A stretch of DNA of 64,000 nucleotides from contig NIVC01000016.1 of the NCBI GenBank assembly GCA_002269645.1, positions 310,001 through 374,000 on the forward strand, given 5' to 3'. Shown in pieces: positions 1 through 34,362 of the stretch. Position 1 is the first letter of the stretch. Every line of letters begins with the position of its first letter. The notes under the pieces were generated by a model, which was not told the DNA's origin, did no database searches, and worked only from the letters and a program-made list of their open reading frames with translations. The position numbers and the translations under genes were made by a program. Source of the stretch: Macrostomum lignano. Lineage: Eukaryota.

Positions 1-814
1 GTATTCGCTTTCTGTGCTACTTATCAGTAGCATATCAGTAGTATATGCTGTGAAACCACGCTGCACAAATACACTGGCGAGATAGCAAGTTTAAAGAGAT
101 TTAAAGAGATATTAAAACTTTCATATTTTCCTCTTAAAATTCTAAAATGCTTAATTCTTACTCATTTGAATCGCCTTAAATTAAAAAACAACGTACTTTT
201 TTTCTTCAATCACTTTGAAAAATTTATCAGACTTAAAACAAATTCAACTTTATATTCAACAGACAGGGTGTGCAGTTCGGTGCTCCGAGTTCGTGTAAAT
301 TTTGACAGATATTTAACAACCTCGTGCTGACAGGAAATCGGTGCGCTGCTCCCAGGAGACACAGAACAGACGGACAGGCACAGAGAGACACAGAGCTAGT
401 GTGAAAGAGACTAAGAAAGATACTTTCAGAGGACAGCAACAGCTATTGACAAGCAACAAGACAAGTAAAACGGATACAGTTAATAAATAGCATAAACTTG
501 GTTAATAACAAAAAAATCTGCACAGCTTCTTAGCAACTCAGCGATTCAGAAAGTCGTTCTGATGGGATATGGAGATTGGGAATAAAAACGGACGAAGCAT
601 GGGACGCGACGGACTGACAAAACTGGGAAAGGACGGAGTTGGGAGAAACCTTTTAACTCTTATTCTGCATAGTTCGAAACAATCAAGTGTGCAATTGGAT
701 TTCGCCACTGACTCGACTGAACAATAAAGAACGGCACAGGCTCAAAACGGTCTACTGTGAGTAGAGAAAAAATGTTTTTTTTAAAACAACAAAAAAACTA
801 AAATTGAAGGTCGA

Positions 815-3578
<2,764 letters not shown>

Positions 3579-3637
3579 CCTGCTGGGGTCACGAGGCGAG
3601 TTGGCAACACTGCATTGAAAAAAATGTAGCAGGGAGC

Positions 3638-3672
3638 TGAGCTGGCGAGATGGGGCACAGCGGCTGTATATA
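3638..3672 (-). promoter_or_regulatory. Candidate TATA/Inr core promoter of the zinc-finger gene
   Basis: TATATA on the minus strand at 3672-3667, with Inr-like CCAGCT/TCAGCT about 29-34 nt downstream, in a GC-rich and GA-rich region just upstream of the ATG at 3578. Confidence 0.3.
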
Positions 3673-4519
3673 GAGGCCTTCAGAGCCTTGAGCAGCTTGT
3701 GTGTGTGCGCGGAGGTTGGGTGGGGCCCCGGGGCTCAGGGGAACTAGAACAAAGGAGGCTGGAGTGGGGAACGCTTGCGAAAAATAGAAAAGAGAAAAGA
3801 GAGGCCCCGTGTAAGAGCCGTGAGCTTTGGATTGGAAAAGGGAGAGAGAGAGAGGAGGATTGAGTGGAGGCTGGGGAGGAGCGACGTGTGCCGCCGTCTC
3901 GGGTTTGTGTGCAGGCCGCGCCGCCTCTTCATCTTCACTCTCCCTCTCTCTCTCTGCTGCTCCGCACGCAGCGCGTGAGCTCGCGCTAGTGTGTGTGCGT
4001 GGAATGGGAGATGGGAGGGGATGAGGGGGGGGACGCCCAAATTCCCTCCCAAAATCCCAGCGTGTGCGGGCGCGCGTGCTCGCGACCTGAAAACCAGAGG
4101 GAGGGAGAGGCTTTGGATTTTTTCGAACCAGAAAAGATGGGGCGGCGGCTCGAATCGGGCGCGGCACGCACGCGACTCGGGAGGCCTCGACGGGTGGCCG
4201 AGTTTGTGAGCTGTGCTCAGGGGGGGGGGACACAAAGCTCGTTGCTCGACCTGGGCAGCTGTGTGCCGCACACTCGGAGATGTGACTCAGCCTTCGATTC
4301 GGACGGGTTGAGAGAGCCTTCAATGCAGACTTCTCACCTGAGCTTCAAGCTAAAGTAGTTCCATATTGGCGATTCGCTGTTTATATTTTTTCTTGATATG
4401 GCCATGGAAACTGCGCCAAGTTTCAATAAACTCACTCAGAGTTACACCAGACACAAAATATCTACTCCTGAATTCTAAATCGATTATCTTAAATCCCCCA
4501 TTCCGAATCCCACTTACTA

Positions 4520-4930
4520 CAACCCCAATCCTATGCCCCAAATCCCAAGTCCCAAATTTCACATCCAAAATACCAAATCTTACGTCAAATTCTATACCCG
4601 AGATCCAAAAATCCCAAATCCCAAATCCCTAATCATGTATCATAAATCCAGCATCAATTTCTATTCCCTAGATCCAAAAATCTTTAATCCTACATTCCAA
4701 ATCCAAAATCTAAAATCTAAATCTCAAATCTCACATCCCAAATCCCAAACCCCAATTCCTAAATCCCACATCCCAAATCCTAAATCCCACATCCAAAATC
4801 TCAAATCCTAAATCCTAAATCCTAAACCCCACATCCCACATCCTACGCCCTAAAGCCCGCATATAATTCTACACCCTAGATCTCAAAATCACAGATCCCA
4901 CATCACAGGTTCCAATTAGACAATCTCTAT
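4520..4930. repeat. Degenerate AAATCCC/CCAAATCC low-complexity repeat
   Basis: Many imperfect aaatccc(a)aa units. Confidence 0.8.
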
Positions 4931-6235
4931 CACAAAATTCAAAATCCTACACCGGAAACTCTTCATCCTGCAATTCAGCGTCGAAGCCAACCCCATCCCG
5001 AATTCAGCACCCTTAAAATCCCTTGAACAGTTCACATCACTTACCTGCTGAATATTCAGTGAGTTATTTTCTAATCCTGTCTGCCTCTTTCAGTGGAAGA
5101 CAATTGCAGAGGCTTGCAGGGCCGGGCGGAGTCTCTGACAATAGGGAACAGGAATGGTGCTTTTTGGTGGATGCGGCAGATGCAGCCAGGGGAGGGGAGG
5201 AGGGAGCGGGGCTGGGCGGGCAGGAGCAGATGCTGTGTGCCGCAGTGCCACGCGGAGCCATCCATTGGTCTCAGCACGGATGCAGAACCAAGTTTGCAGC
5301 CGCCCCAGCAGCACAGACGCACAAAAAACCTCCCCCCCCCGCAGACCCCTCTGCGTCTGTCTCAGTGTTTTTCTTCCCTTCTTCCAGCGTCCCCGTGAGA
5401 GGGGAGACTGTAGCAATGAAACAATCTGCTGCTTCTGCTGCTGGCTGGCGAGCTCTGGAGGCCACCCCGGAGCGCCTCAATTGTCTTCTGGCTAAGGGCA
5501 GACTGGGGGGAGACAGCGGACACACAGAAGAACTGCATGGGATGAATACTTTTCTCCCAATGGCCCACCCCGGCCTCAGCTTCAGCCTGTTTCACCTGAA
5601 ATCCTGGGGGCAGGGGGGGGGTTGGTTAATGCTTGTCGTCCTTCCCCCCTTTCTCTTGCTCGGTGCGTACAATCGAGGCAGGTGCCAACATCTGTGCCCG
5701 AGTGGTCCGCAGAGCTGCAGGCCTCGTCATCAAATTTTAGCAGCAGAAACAGCAGAAGCAACAGTTGAGAACCTGCCGGCACAGAGCTCTCACCCCCGCG
5801 CCCCAAACCGCGCACAGAACCATCCCAGACACGGCCAGCTTCCCAGACTCCCTCTCCATCAGGCCTCCCACTAACCCGGAGCTGCCAACCCAAACTATTT
5901 GAAAGGGGCAGCAGCTGAGGGTACAGAGCTGCTTTCGGAACAGGAGACGGGAGAGGAGAGATATATGGGAGAACAATAGGAGAAGAGGGTTGTGAGAGGT
6001 GCAGCTGGGGATGTCCCGACATTGGCACGCCATTCATCCATGGGAGGCTGAACTCTGTGAGTGCCGCGTGCGTGCCTGGCACACCCAGGCTGAGGCAGAG
6101 GTTTTTTTGGCCAGAGCTCTCCGCAATTCAATTCTGCAACAATTTGCTTTTGCAGCAGCCGGGAGGAGTGGCAGGTGAATGCAGCCGGAGAGTGCGGTCG
6201 ATTCCACTTGGTTTAGGTATTGGCTGGTGCGAGGT

Positions 6236-6355
6236 CAGGTGGGGGAGACTCAGGTGGGGAGACTCAGGTGGGGGAGACTCAGGTGGGGGAGACTCAGGTG
6301 GGGGAGACTCAGGTGGGGGAGACTCAAGTGGGGGAGACTCAGGTGGGGAGACTCA
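6236..6355. repeat. 15-bp tandem repeat CAGGTGGGGGAGACT, about 8 copies
   Basis: Read directly from the sequence. Confidence 0.95.
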
Positions 6356-6364
6356 GACTCAGGT

Positions 6365-7552
6365 GTGTAGCATTGGTCCTACACAGGACCAATGCTACAC
6401 AGGACCAATGCTACACAGGACCAATGCTACACAGGACCAATGCTACACAGGACCAATGCTACACAGGACCAATGCTACACAGGACCAATGCTACACAGGA
6501 CCAATGCTACACAGGACCAATGCTACACAGGACCAATGCTACACAGGACCAATGCTACACAGGACCAATGCTACACAGGACCAATGCTACACAGGACCAA
6601 TGCTACACAGGACCAATGCTACACAGGACCAATGCTACACAGGACCAATGCTACACAGGACCAATGCTACACAGGACCAATGCTACACAGGACCAATGCT
6701 ACACAGGACCAATGCTACACAGGACCAATGCTACACAGGACCAATGCTACACAGGACCAATGCTACACAGGACCAATGCTACACAGGACCAATGCTACAC
6801 AGGACCAATGCTACACAGGACCAATGCTACACAGGACCAATGCTACACAGGACCAATGCTACACAGGACCAATGCTACACAGGACCAATGCTACACAGGA
6901 CCAATGCTACACAGGACCAATGCTACACAGGACCAATGCTACACAGGACCAATGCTACACAGGACCAATGCTACACAGGACCAATGCTACACAGGACCAA
7001 TGCTACACAGGACCAATGCTACACAGGACCAATGCTACACAGGACCAATGCTACACAGGACCAATGCTACACAGGACCAATGCTACACAGGACCAATGCT
7101 ACACAGGACCAATGCTACACAGGACCAATGCTACACAGGACCAATGCTACACAGGACCAATGCTACACAGGACCAATGCTACACAGGACCAATGCTACAC
7201 AGGACCAATGCTACACAGGACCAATGCTACACAGGACCAATGCTACACAGGACCAATGCTACACAGGACCAATGCTACACAGGACCAATGCTACACAGGA
7301 CCAATGCTACACAGGACCAATGCTACACAGGACCAATGCTACACAGGACCAATGCTACACAGGACCAATGCTACACAGGACCAATGCTACACAGGACCAA
7401 TGCTACACAGGACCAATGCTACACAGGACCAATGCTACACAGGACCAATGCTACACAGGACCAATGCTACACAGGACCAATGCTACACAGGACCAATGCT
7501 ACACAGGACCAATGCTACACAGGACCAATGCTACACAGGACCAATGCTACAC
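6365..7552. repeat. 16-bp minisatellite ACACAGGACCAATGCT, about 73 perfect copies, preceded by one inverted unit
   Basis: Read directly; gtgtagcattggtcct (6365-6380) is the reverse complement of the unit. Confidence 0.97.
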
Positions 7553-7997
7553 GGGACTAATTATAAAAAACTGTTATAAACGCACGCAATCCTGAAACAC
7601 GCACACTTATTGCATTCTATAAATGGTCATATTAACTGCTATTTCCCAGATAGGATTGAAAATCTGAAGTCTCGTGGACGGGTATAGGCGCACTGCACTC
7701 AAAAGTGACTGAGCAGTCCATCGCGCACAAAACGCCAAACCCTAACCTTTCTTAACCCTATTCTTAACCCTTCCAACCCCCCCCCCCCCTTGGCTTGGGT
7801 TTGAATTTTGGGCGAACTAAATGAAGTGAGGCTGCACGCTAGGCGATGAGATGGGGAAGGCATGGTTGAGCGAGGGGCGTGGCTCGAGTCCCGGGGCTGC
7901 TATTCTCTACAAGCCCCGGTTTGCACACGCACCGATGCGACTGGAGGAGGGCTGGGTAAGCGAAGAACAACATTTTTTTCGCGAGTCCCAGCGAGTC

Positions 7998-8033
7998 TAT
8001 AAAGGGAGAGAGAGGGGGGAAGGCATTTCATTC
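7998..8033 (+). promoter_or_regulatory. Candidate TATA + Inr core promoter (possibly of the AGBL2-like gene)
   Basis: TATAAA at 7998-8003 and TCATTC with A at 8030 (spacing 32), in a GC-rich and GA-rich island 1.6 kb upstream of the ATG at 9611. Confidence 0.3.
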
Positions 8034-9610
8034 CGCAATTGGGAGCTCTGCTCTCCCCCCACAGCCCACACTGTTACTTCCTTCAACTCGTCCGCGTGCG
8101 TGCCTTTTGTCTCAGACCCGCAGCCGTCCCCATCCCGTTCCCCTCTCTCGCTCTGTGCCGCTCCGCTCGCTACTAATTCTTTGCTGCATTTCTAAAAGCC
8201 TGCCTGCACTGCCGTCCGCGACCTCCTGTCCCGCATCAGCGCAGGTGGGCTTAGGTGGGAGATGAGGCACGGAAAGGAAAGAGGAAAGAGGATGCTGAGG
8301 AACAAGCGTGGGGGTGGGAGCAAGGCGGATAGATGAGGAAGAGACTGCAGCATCGAGAGCCACCTGTGCGATGCCGTGTGTGTCTGTGTGAGAGAGAGAG
8401 CTAGCACAGTCTCGGGCACTGTGTTGTCATGGAGATCATGCGAGGCTTAGAGAGAGCCTGGTCGCTGGGACGCATTTTTCCCAGATGCAACAGCAGAAAA
8501 TCTTTTCTTTCCTCGTGGGTGGCAGACTATAGGGTGCTTCAGCAGAAACAGTAGCTTTATAGCTTTTTGTGAGCTTGGAAAAAGTTGCATTCTGCTGACA
8601 GGGAAAGCGTTTGTGTTTTTTTTCACTAGAACAGCCCGAATCCAAACAATTGGACGAGTTTAATGCACATTATAGTTTTGCTGCGCTATGGCAGGATTAT
8701 AGCTGGATTGTATGTAACTGCACACTTCAAATTGTTGCATGAGAGCCATTCATCAAAAACAACTAACCAAACTAAAAAAGATTACTTATAGAAATATGGC
8801 GTTGGGAAGGCATACTTGGAAAACTTGGATTGCTAAAATGATTATTTTGAAGTCCGAGACTGCGAAAATGCTTGCAAACTGTGCATGTACTCCTTATGGT
8901 ACGAGCAGAATTTATATGTAACATGAATAAGCAGACACGAAATGAACAGTGTATTGCAAAAAATTAAACAATATATTTTGCAGCACGAAACAACTTGGAT
9001 TCTATAAAATATAAGATCTACAGAGAAATTTTTAGCTGCCGGTCGGAATATTTCAGAATAACGTTTGCAGAAGAGCCTTGTGAGAAAAAATAAACCCATA
9101 AATTTATCTCTTCTGCTTTTAATGCAATTTAAAGACTAAAGGTTGTCCTTGATTTAGGTTTTTTGAAGTTCATAAACGGTATGTTTTTCTTTAGTTTTTG
9201 CAAGCCGGATAAAACAATCCGGACCGACAGTTTTACGCACGATAAACAAAATTATTTTTAACTGAAAATTACAAACTTAAAACTCAGCAAGCTTTTGCAG
9301 CACAGAAATTACAGCGTTTAAAAATTCTGTCCTCTTTTAATAAAAGTTGTTAATATTTAATATCTTCTGTGATAATGAAACATTTTCACTATTTTAAATT
9401 TCGACTCGAAGATCACGAGTTTGGAGTTTCCATCTTAATTAACGTTTCAGTCAAGAGTACGCAATTTTTGTTTAACAGGGAAATGAATTTATATACTAGC
9501 CAGTTTTCTCATGTTTTGAGTGAATTTTAGCCTTGTTTAAAAATTCGCGCAATGTATTTGGCTTCCTATAAATTTATTTAAAGAAATTACAAATATTTAT
9601 CGCAAAGACC

Positions 9611-29333
<19,723 letters not shown>

Positions 29334-30073
29334 CTGGACAGGCCCTTGAAGCAATAGAATTCTAATAGACTGTATTGGTTTGATGACTTTAAAAGACTTC
29401 CTAATTAATTCGACCGTAGAGTATTAACTGGGGGAAGGTCATGAAGCAGTGTCTGTCAAGCAGCCGGGTATTGTGTGTACAAATCCACAACAAATTGTGT
29501 GGACAACAAAATCTAATATCAGATTTCTATTTCTGTACGCTTGTATTCTAAAAAAAACAAAAGTAAATGCTGATTTTTAACTGTCCGTTAAGTCAAAATC
29601 GGGTATAAAATCAAATTGATACATACGCTCCTATATCCGGGTACTAGTACTACTATAGGCTCCCGAAATGTTCCTTTTTGAAGGTGGGCTGGGTGTCCGA
29701 TCGATATTGGATTCTCCTCCTATTGGCTGTCGCCCACTCCCTGTACCCTACCTCCCCCAGCCCAGCTTCTCTTAGGTTCCCAGCCCAGTCCCTCTCGCCC
29801 TTCCAACAGCGCCTGTCATAGGCCTCCCGGGGAACAAAGGCTTCCTTGGCCAAAGCCGGCCAATAGACTGATTCGCCAAGTGGACTCTAGCCTGTCTCCG
29901 ACGCTACCACATACTGCTTGGCGGTTACCTCCGCTCGGCTGGGCCGAGGTGCCCCTAGCGCGAAGATGCCATTTAATTGGCCAAGGCCCTTGTCATATAA
30001 ACCGACTTGGCCCGGCAGAGTGAAGGATGGCTTTACGTATTCATATGCAAAAAGCAACGAAAAATTAAATAAT

Positions 30074-30376
30074 CCATAGAAATAAAGACTTTCCGTGACA
30101 ATATTTGCGTTCCCCGGGATTTTATTTGGTAATATTCAATAATATCCCGTCAAGTCTTTATGTCTATGGTTTATACGAGATTACACATGCCTTTTTCGGG
30201 AGTTATTTTCATAAATCCCTCGGGCCTCAGGCCCTCGTGATTTATACAAATAACTCCTTCAAAAGGCATGTTTAATCTGATACACAATAACAAAGAGTAA
30301 ATTTTATTTTTCGATGCTAGCAAAACACCGGGAAACTGTTCAACAAATAAATTGTATGTTAATCAGTTAATACCAG
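30074..30376. other. Two adjacent long imperfect palindromes followed by an 80-bp segment repeated at 34226-34306 (possible Crypton/MITE terminus)
   Basis: Hairpin 1: ccatagaaataaagactt (30074) pairs with aagtctttatgtctatgg (30169). Hairpin 2: acatgccttt..ggagttatt..ataaatc..cgggcc pairs with ggccctcg..gatttat..aataactcc..aaaggcatgt (30185-30271). Confidence 0.6.
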
Positions 30377-30899
30377 TTTTAACAAGAGATTCTTAAGAAC
30401 TGAGAACTCAGCACTTGGCGGCTCGCCTCGCAATTGACAATCGTAGCAGAACAAAATCAAAAGGGTACGCGCAGTCTACTCTTGAGCTAGGTATATTTAT
30501 TCTCAATATAATATATGGCGGGGTTGACACAGGCTTTAGCGGGGGGTTGTAAGTGTGCATGACTTGCAATGTACGTTATAACAAATCAATATGGAGGCGG
30601 TGAGAAAAGGTGGCGTGAGGCGCGGAGGGTGGCAGGTCCACTAGGCGAAGCATGAGTATAAGTAAAAGTACAGACGTACAATCAATAAGAAACCTTCACT
30701 CTTCAATCCATACCTCCCTTCTTGGCATGAGCACATGCCAACAAAACAAAGAGCACCTCGAACAAAGATCTTAAAATTAAAACATTCAATTATTATAGTA
30801 CCGCGTACTTTTCAGGAAAAAAAGTTAAATCGCTAGGATGCAATACGCTCGACAAAATGACAAAGTGAAAATAGGATCAAATAATTAGGTTAGTAAACG

Positions 30900-31815
30900 A
30901 ATCACGGGGATGCGATAAATATTCGAACTGAATTAGCAAACGGGATTGAACAGGCTTGCTAGAGTCCATCTCACGGCATAGAAAGCTATGCGTCGGCCTG
31001 TCCTCCGGCGCCATTTCGATCTGGAGGTACATCTCGGAGATGTCACAAGCCACAGCCGCTGCATCTCTCCTGAAGCGAAGCAGAACGTCAAACAATTCTC
31101 GCTGAAGCTTCGGCCCTGGGAAGACCAGAGAGTTTAACGACTTTTCGTTCCCGCCCGCCGAGGCATCGAAGACGATTCGAACCTTTGTCGTCAGCTTGTC
31201 GAATCGAATAATCCGAAAATGCGGCAGAAAACACCTGGCTGTGAACCCCTCTACTGCAACGTGCCGAATGTAGCCTTGTTGCTCTAGGCATGCTTGGTAT
31301 TGCTTTGCCACCTCCAGATCCTTCTTCAACCGGGTCTCCGTGTTACAAAGCTGTATGATCGCCATCCCATCTCAAGCGAACTTTCGCCTCTGGCTTCCAC
31401 GGAATTCCCATCTGGTATCGGCCGTTTGTTAGCTTTAATGAAGACTTGGCTTGCTCGACTGCAGCTTGCTCATCCGCTGTCCAATTTTGATCTTGAGCTG
31501 GCCGGATTTCTTCGACCTCCCAGAACTTGCGCAGCACTGGTGACAGCATCTCCTCGCTGGTGACACAGAAAAAGGTGCTGAACAAGTTTGTCTGATGCTG
31601 AATCTGTTCTACTGGACCCACACCTGTCCATCCAAGGGGAGTCAAACGTGCCTGTGGCTCCCCAGGGCCACCGCGAACTTCTCGGTAGGACACATGTAAC
31701 TCCGCATGATGCACTCCTATCAGCAGGGCTATGAGATGCGGTGCATGGAGCTGAGGAAATGGAATACGCTCCAGATGTTTCCAATCCACTGCTGTCGTCT
31801 GCCAATCCGTGGCCT
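30900..31815 (-). pseudogene. Frameshifted BEL/Pao pol fragment (PR-RT linker and N-terminal half of RT)
   Basis: LLIGVHH..LTPLGWT..FWEVEE..YQMGIPWK, then LPHF..KVRIVFDASA..GPKLQRELFDVLLRFR..DISEMYLQI, in shifting frames; truncated before the catalytic DD. Confidence 0.85.
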
Positions 31816-33711
31816 TCAGCTTCCGGTGACGCTGTCTGTCGTGAATGCCGTGATCGGACGACTCAGACTTCCATCTACACTTTCGAGCGTCATCGTAACC
31901 GGAGCTGTCAAGAATGTATCTGTCTGTCCGTTCAAAACGTTCACTTTCACTCGCTCCACATTGCCCTCCAGTCCCAGAGCTTCAGCAATCTCCGCATTCA
32001 CATACGTCCCTGTACTCGCGTCGTCCAACAGTGCGTTCACCTTCACTACACGGCCGCCTGCCTTGAGAACTACTGGAACTGTTCGCAGCGACGTTGCACT
32101 TCCACTTCCTGCCATCATAGTTACGGCGGCTCCTTTGCGACCCGACTCAGCGCTCTTTTTGCCTCCTTCGGCCGGAGAATTCTTCTTCGACTCAGTTTTT
32201 GCAGCCTCGTCAGAGTGCAGCAAGCGGTGGTGAAACTTGTTGCATTCACCGATTCCACATCGGCGTCCATGACGGCATATCCGAGCAGCATGACCGCGAG
32301 CTAAGCAGCAAAAGCATGATTTCGAATCTTGCGCAGCCTTCCACCGATTTTCAATTGACAGCTGTCTAAATGTTGGACACTTCCACAGCTCATGTTGATC
32401 TTGACACAGCATACAAGATTTTGACGGAGACGCTTGTTGATGATCTGCAAGAAACGTTTTGGACCGCGTCTCCTTCTTAACCTTCTCTTCACTCGTCACA
32501 CCGTGCGCAATCTCCATGGCTTCTGTCTGGAAAGCGGCCTCCATCAGCATCCACTCGAGTAACATCTTTACGCTCTCTTGCCTATGTCCTTCGAATAGCC
32601 AACGCCGGTAACGCGCCACCATCTGCTCAGGGAGCTTCTTCTGCAACTTTGCGTACAACAACCTGTCAGTCAATTCTGAGACCTTACCAGACTCTTTGAG
32701 ATTTACAACTGCGACATCTAACAGATTAGAGAATTGCTTAAGCTCTTTTGCATTGGTGGAGCGGATGGGTGGAAAGTTATCGAGCTCTTCAAGATACAGA
32801 GCGATACGTCGGCGGCTGCCCCCGAATTCGCGTTCCAATCTATCTTTGGCAGCCTCGTAAGCAGCGGCAGAGTGACCCAGATGTTCGACTAATTTCAAAG
32901 CCGGCCCTTGAAGATATTGACGGAGTTGAAGCAATTTGAACTCCGGCGTGGCAGGAGCTCTATCAATACAAGCAGTAAAGGCGGCTTTCCAAGATTCGTA
33001 CTGCTGCTTTTCGCCGCCGAACTTTGGGATCTCTGCACGCCGAAGCATCTTCCAAAGATCCTTTGCTAACTCGGCTTCACCGCTGCTAGTCTGAGAATGG
33101 CCCGCCTCACTTACAGAGTCATCAATACTACTGGCACTCACAACCGGCATTGCCGTAGCCGCAATCGCCGCCGTCGTCGCCGTCGTTGCAGTCGTCGCAG
33201 TCGTCGCAGTCGCGGCAGTCGCCGCAGTGGCCGCAGTCGCCGCAGTGGCCGCAGTCGTGGCAGTCGCCGCAGTCGCCGCAATCGCCGCAATCGCGGCAGT
33301 CGCCGCAGGCGCAGCAGTCACGGCAGTCTGATGAGCAGTGATGAACTGAGTGACACATTTCATAGTGTCTTGAAACTGCTGCTCCACTTGATCCAGCTCG
33401 TCCAGAAGTTTGTCTCGAGCTTCTTCTGTGGCTTCTTGCTGAAGGAGCTCATCATAGAATTCGTCAAGCAGCTTCACGCACTCTTCGTGTGCTGCAGTGG
33501 CTGCATCGCACGCTTGCTGGATCGCTTCATGATCGGTGTCGCTCTGTAGCAACAGTACCAGACGGTTTCGACTCCTAGTTGCTGCAGACTTCGTTCTTGC
33601 CTTCACTCGTCGAAACTGTTCGATGCGAAGCCGCTCCTCAGTGCTGATCTCTTTTTCTTCTTCATCTTCTGAGCAGCCAGTCTGCTGCTGATTCGATTCG
33701 TGGCTGGCCAT
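31816..33711 (-). CDS. BEL/Pao Gag-protease ORF (631 aa)
   Basis: Pao-type Gag core (EIPKFGGEKQQYESWKAAF), three Cys/His knuckles (CMLCQDQHELWKC, CFCCLARGHAARIC, CGIGECNKFHHRLLH) and aspartic protease LLDDASTGTYV. Confidence 0.85.
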   Translation of the reverse strand: MASHESNQQQTGCSEDEEEKEISTEERLRIEQFRRVKARTKSAATRSRNRLVLLLQSDTDHEAIQQACDAATAAHEECVKLLDEFYDELLQQEATEEARDKLLDELDQVEQQFQDTMKCVTQFITAHQTAVTAAPAATAAIAAIAATAATATTAATAATAATAATAATATTATTATTATTAAIAATAMPVVSASSIDDSVSEAGHSQTSSGEAELAKDLWKMLRRAEIPKFGGEKQQYESWKAAFTACIDRAPATPEFKLLQLRQYLQGPALKLVEHLGHSAAAYEAAKDRLEREFGGSRRRIALYLEELDNFPPIRSTNAKELKQFSNLLDVAVVNLKESGKVSELTDRLLYAKLQKKLPEQMVARYRRWLFEGHRQESVKMLLEWMLMEAAFQTEAMEIAHGVTSEEKVKKETRSKTFLADHQQASPSKSCMLCQDQHELWKCPTFRQLSIENRWKAAQDSKSCFCCLARGHAARICRHGRRCGIGECNKFHHRLLHSDEAAKTESKKNSPAEGGKKSAESGRKGAAVTMMAGSGSATSLRTVPVVLKAGGRVVKVNALLDDASTGTYVNAEIAEALGLEGNVERVKVNVLNGQTDTFLTAPVTMTLESVDGSLSRPITAFTTDSVTGS

Positions 33712-34362
33712 TTACCTGAACCACGCTCTGCTACCAAAATGTTAACAAGAGATTCTTAAGAACTGAGAACTCAGCACTTGGCGGCTAGCCTCGCAATTGA
33801 CAATCGTAGCAGAACAAAATCAAAAGGGTAAGCGCAGTCTACTCTTGAGCTAGGTATATTTATTCTCAATATAATATATGGCGGGGTTGACACAGGCTTT
33901 AGCGGGGGGTTGTAAGTGTGCATGACTTGCAATGTACGTTATAACAAATCAATATGGAGGCGGTGAGAAAAGGTGGCGTGAGGCGCGGAGGGTGGCAGGT
34001 CCACTAGGCGAAGCATGAGTATTGACGTGCAGTGAGTAACGTCACTCGGTCTGAACAATTACATTGCAATAATAGCATTGAATGAAGAAAACTATTTTTA
34101 ACTGGCGTGAAGCAATGACTGAATTGTCATTGCTATGCACTTTTGGTGACAATAGCACGCGCGTGGGATGCGTGATAATGTCATTTTGGACATTAACACG
34201 CAACGGCAATTTAAACAATAACAAAGGGTAAATTTTATTTTTTTATGTTAGAAAAACATAAAAAACTGTTCAACAAAGAAACCGTATGTTAATCAGTTAA
34301 TACCAGGCCTATATAGTAACGTCACTCAAAAAGAATATCGATCGGATTGCGACTGCCGCCAA

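Larger units (their letters stand above)
30377..34022 (-). mobile_element. Internally deleted BEL/Pao LTR retrotransposon
   Basis: Near-identical LTR segments at 30377-30658 and 33740-34022 (the right one is truncated). PBS TGGTAGCAGAGCGTGGTT (33736-33719) is complementary to the 3' end of an initiator tRNA-Met-type tRNA. Gag-PR and partial RT are present; no RNase H or integrase. Confidence 0.88.

Noticed and set aside
5023-6082. Overlapping ORFs in a GC-rich region with an acceptor-like site at 5092
   Set aside because: No recognisable domain or consistent exon chain; more likely regulatory or non-coding.
6057-7595. Long ORFs in three frames (395-512 aa)
   Set aside because: Artefacts of a stop-free 16-bp repeat.
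8700-9450. Possible divergent AT-rich gene on the minus strand
   Set aside because: Short open stretches and some splice-like sites, but I could not assemble a phase-consistent model or recognise a protein.
29650-30060. GC-rich segment with a TATA-like site as an LTR fragment
   Set aside because: No TG..CA termini, TSD or second copy in the window.
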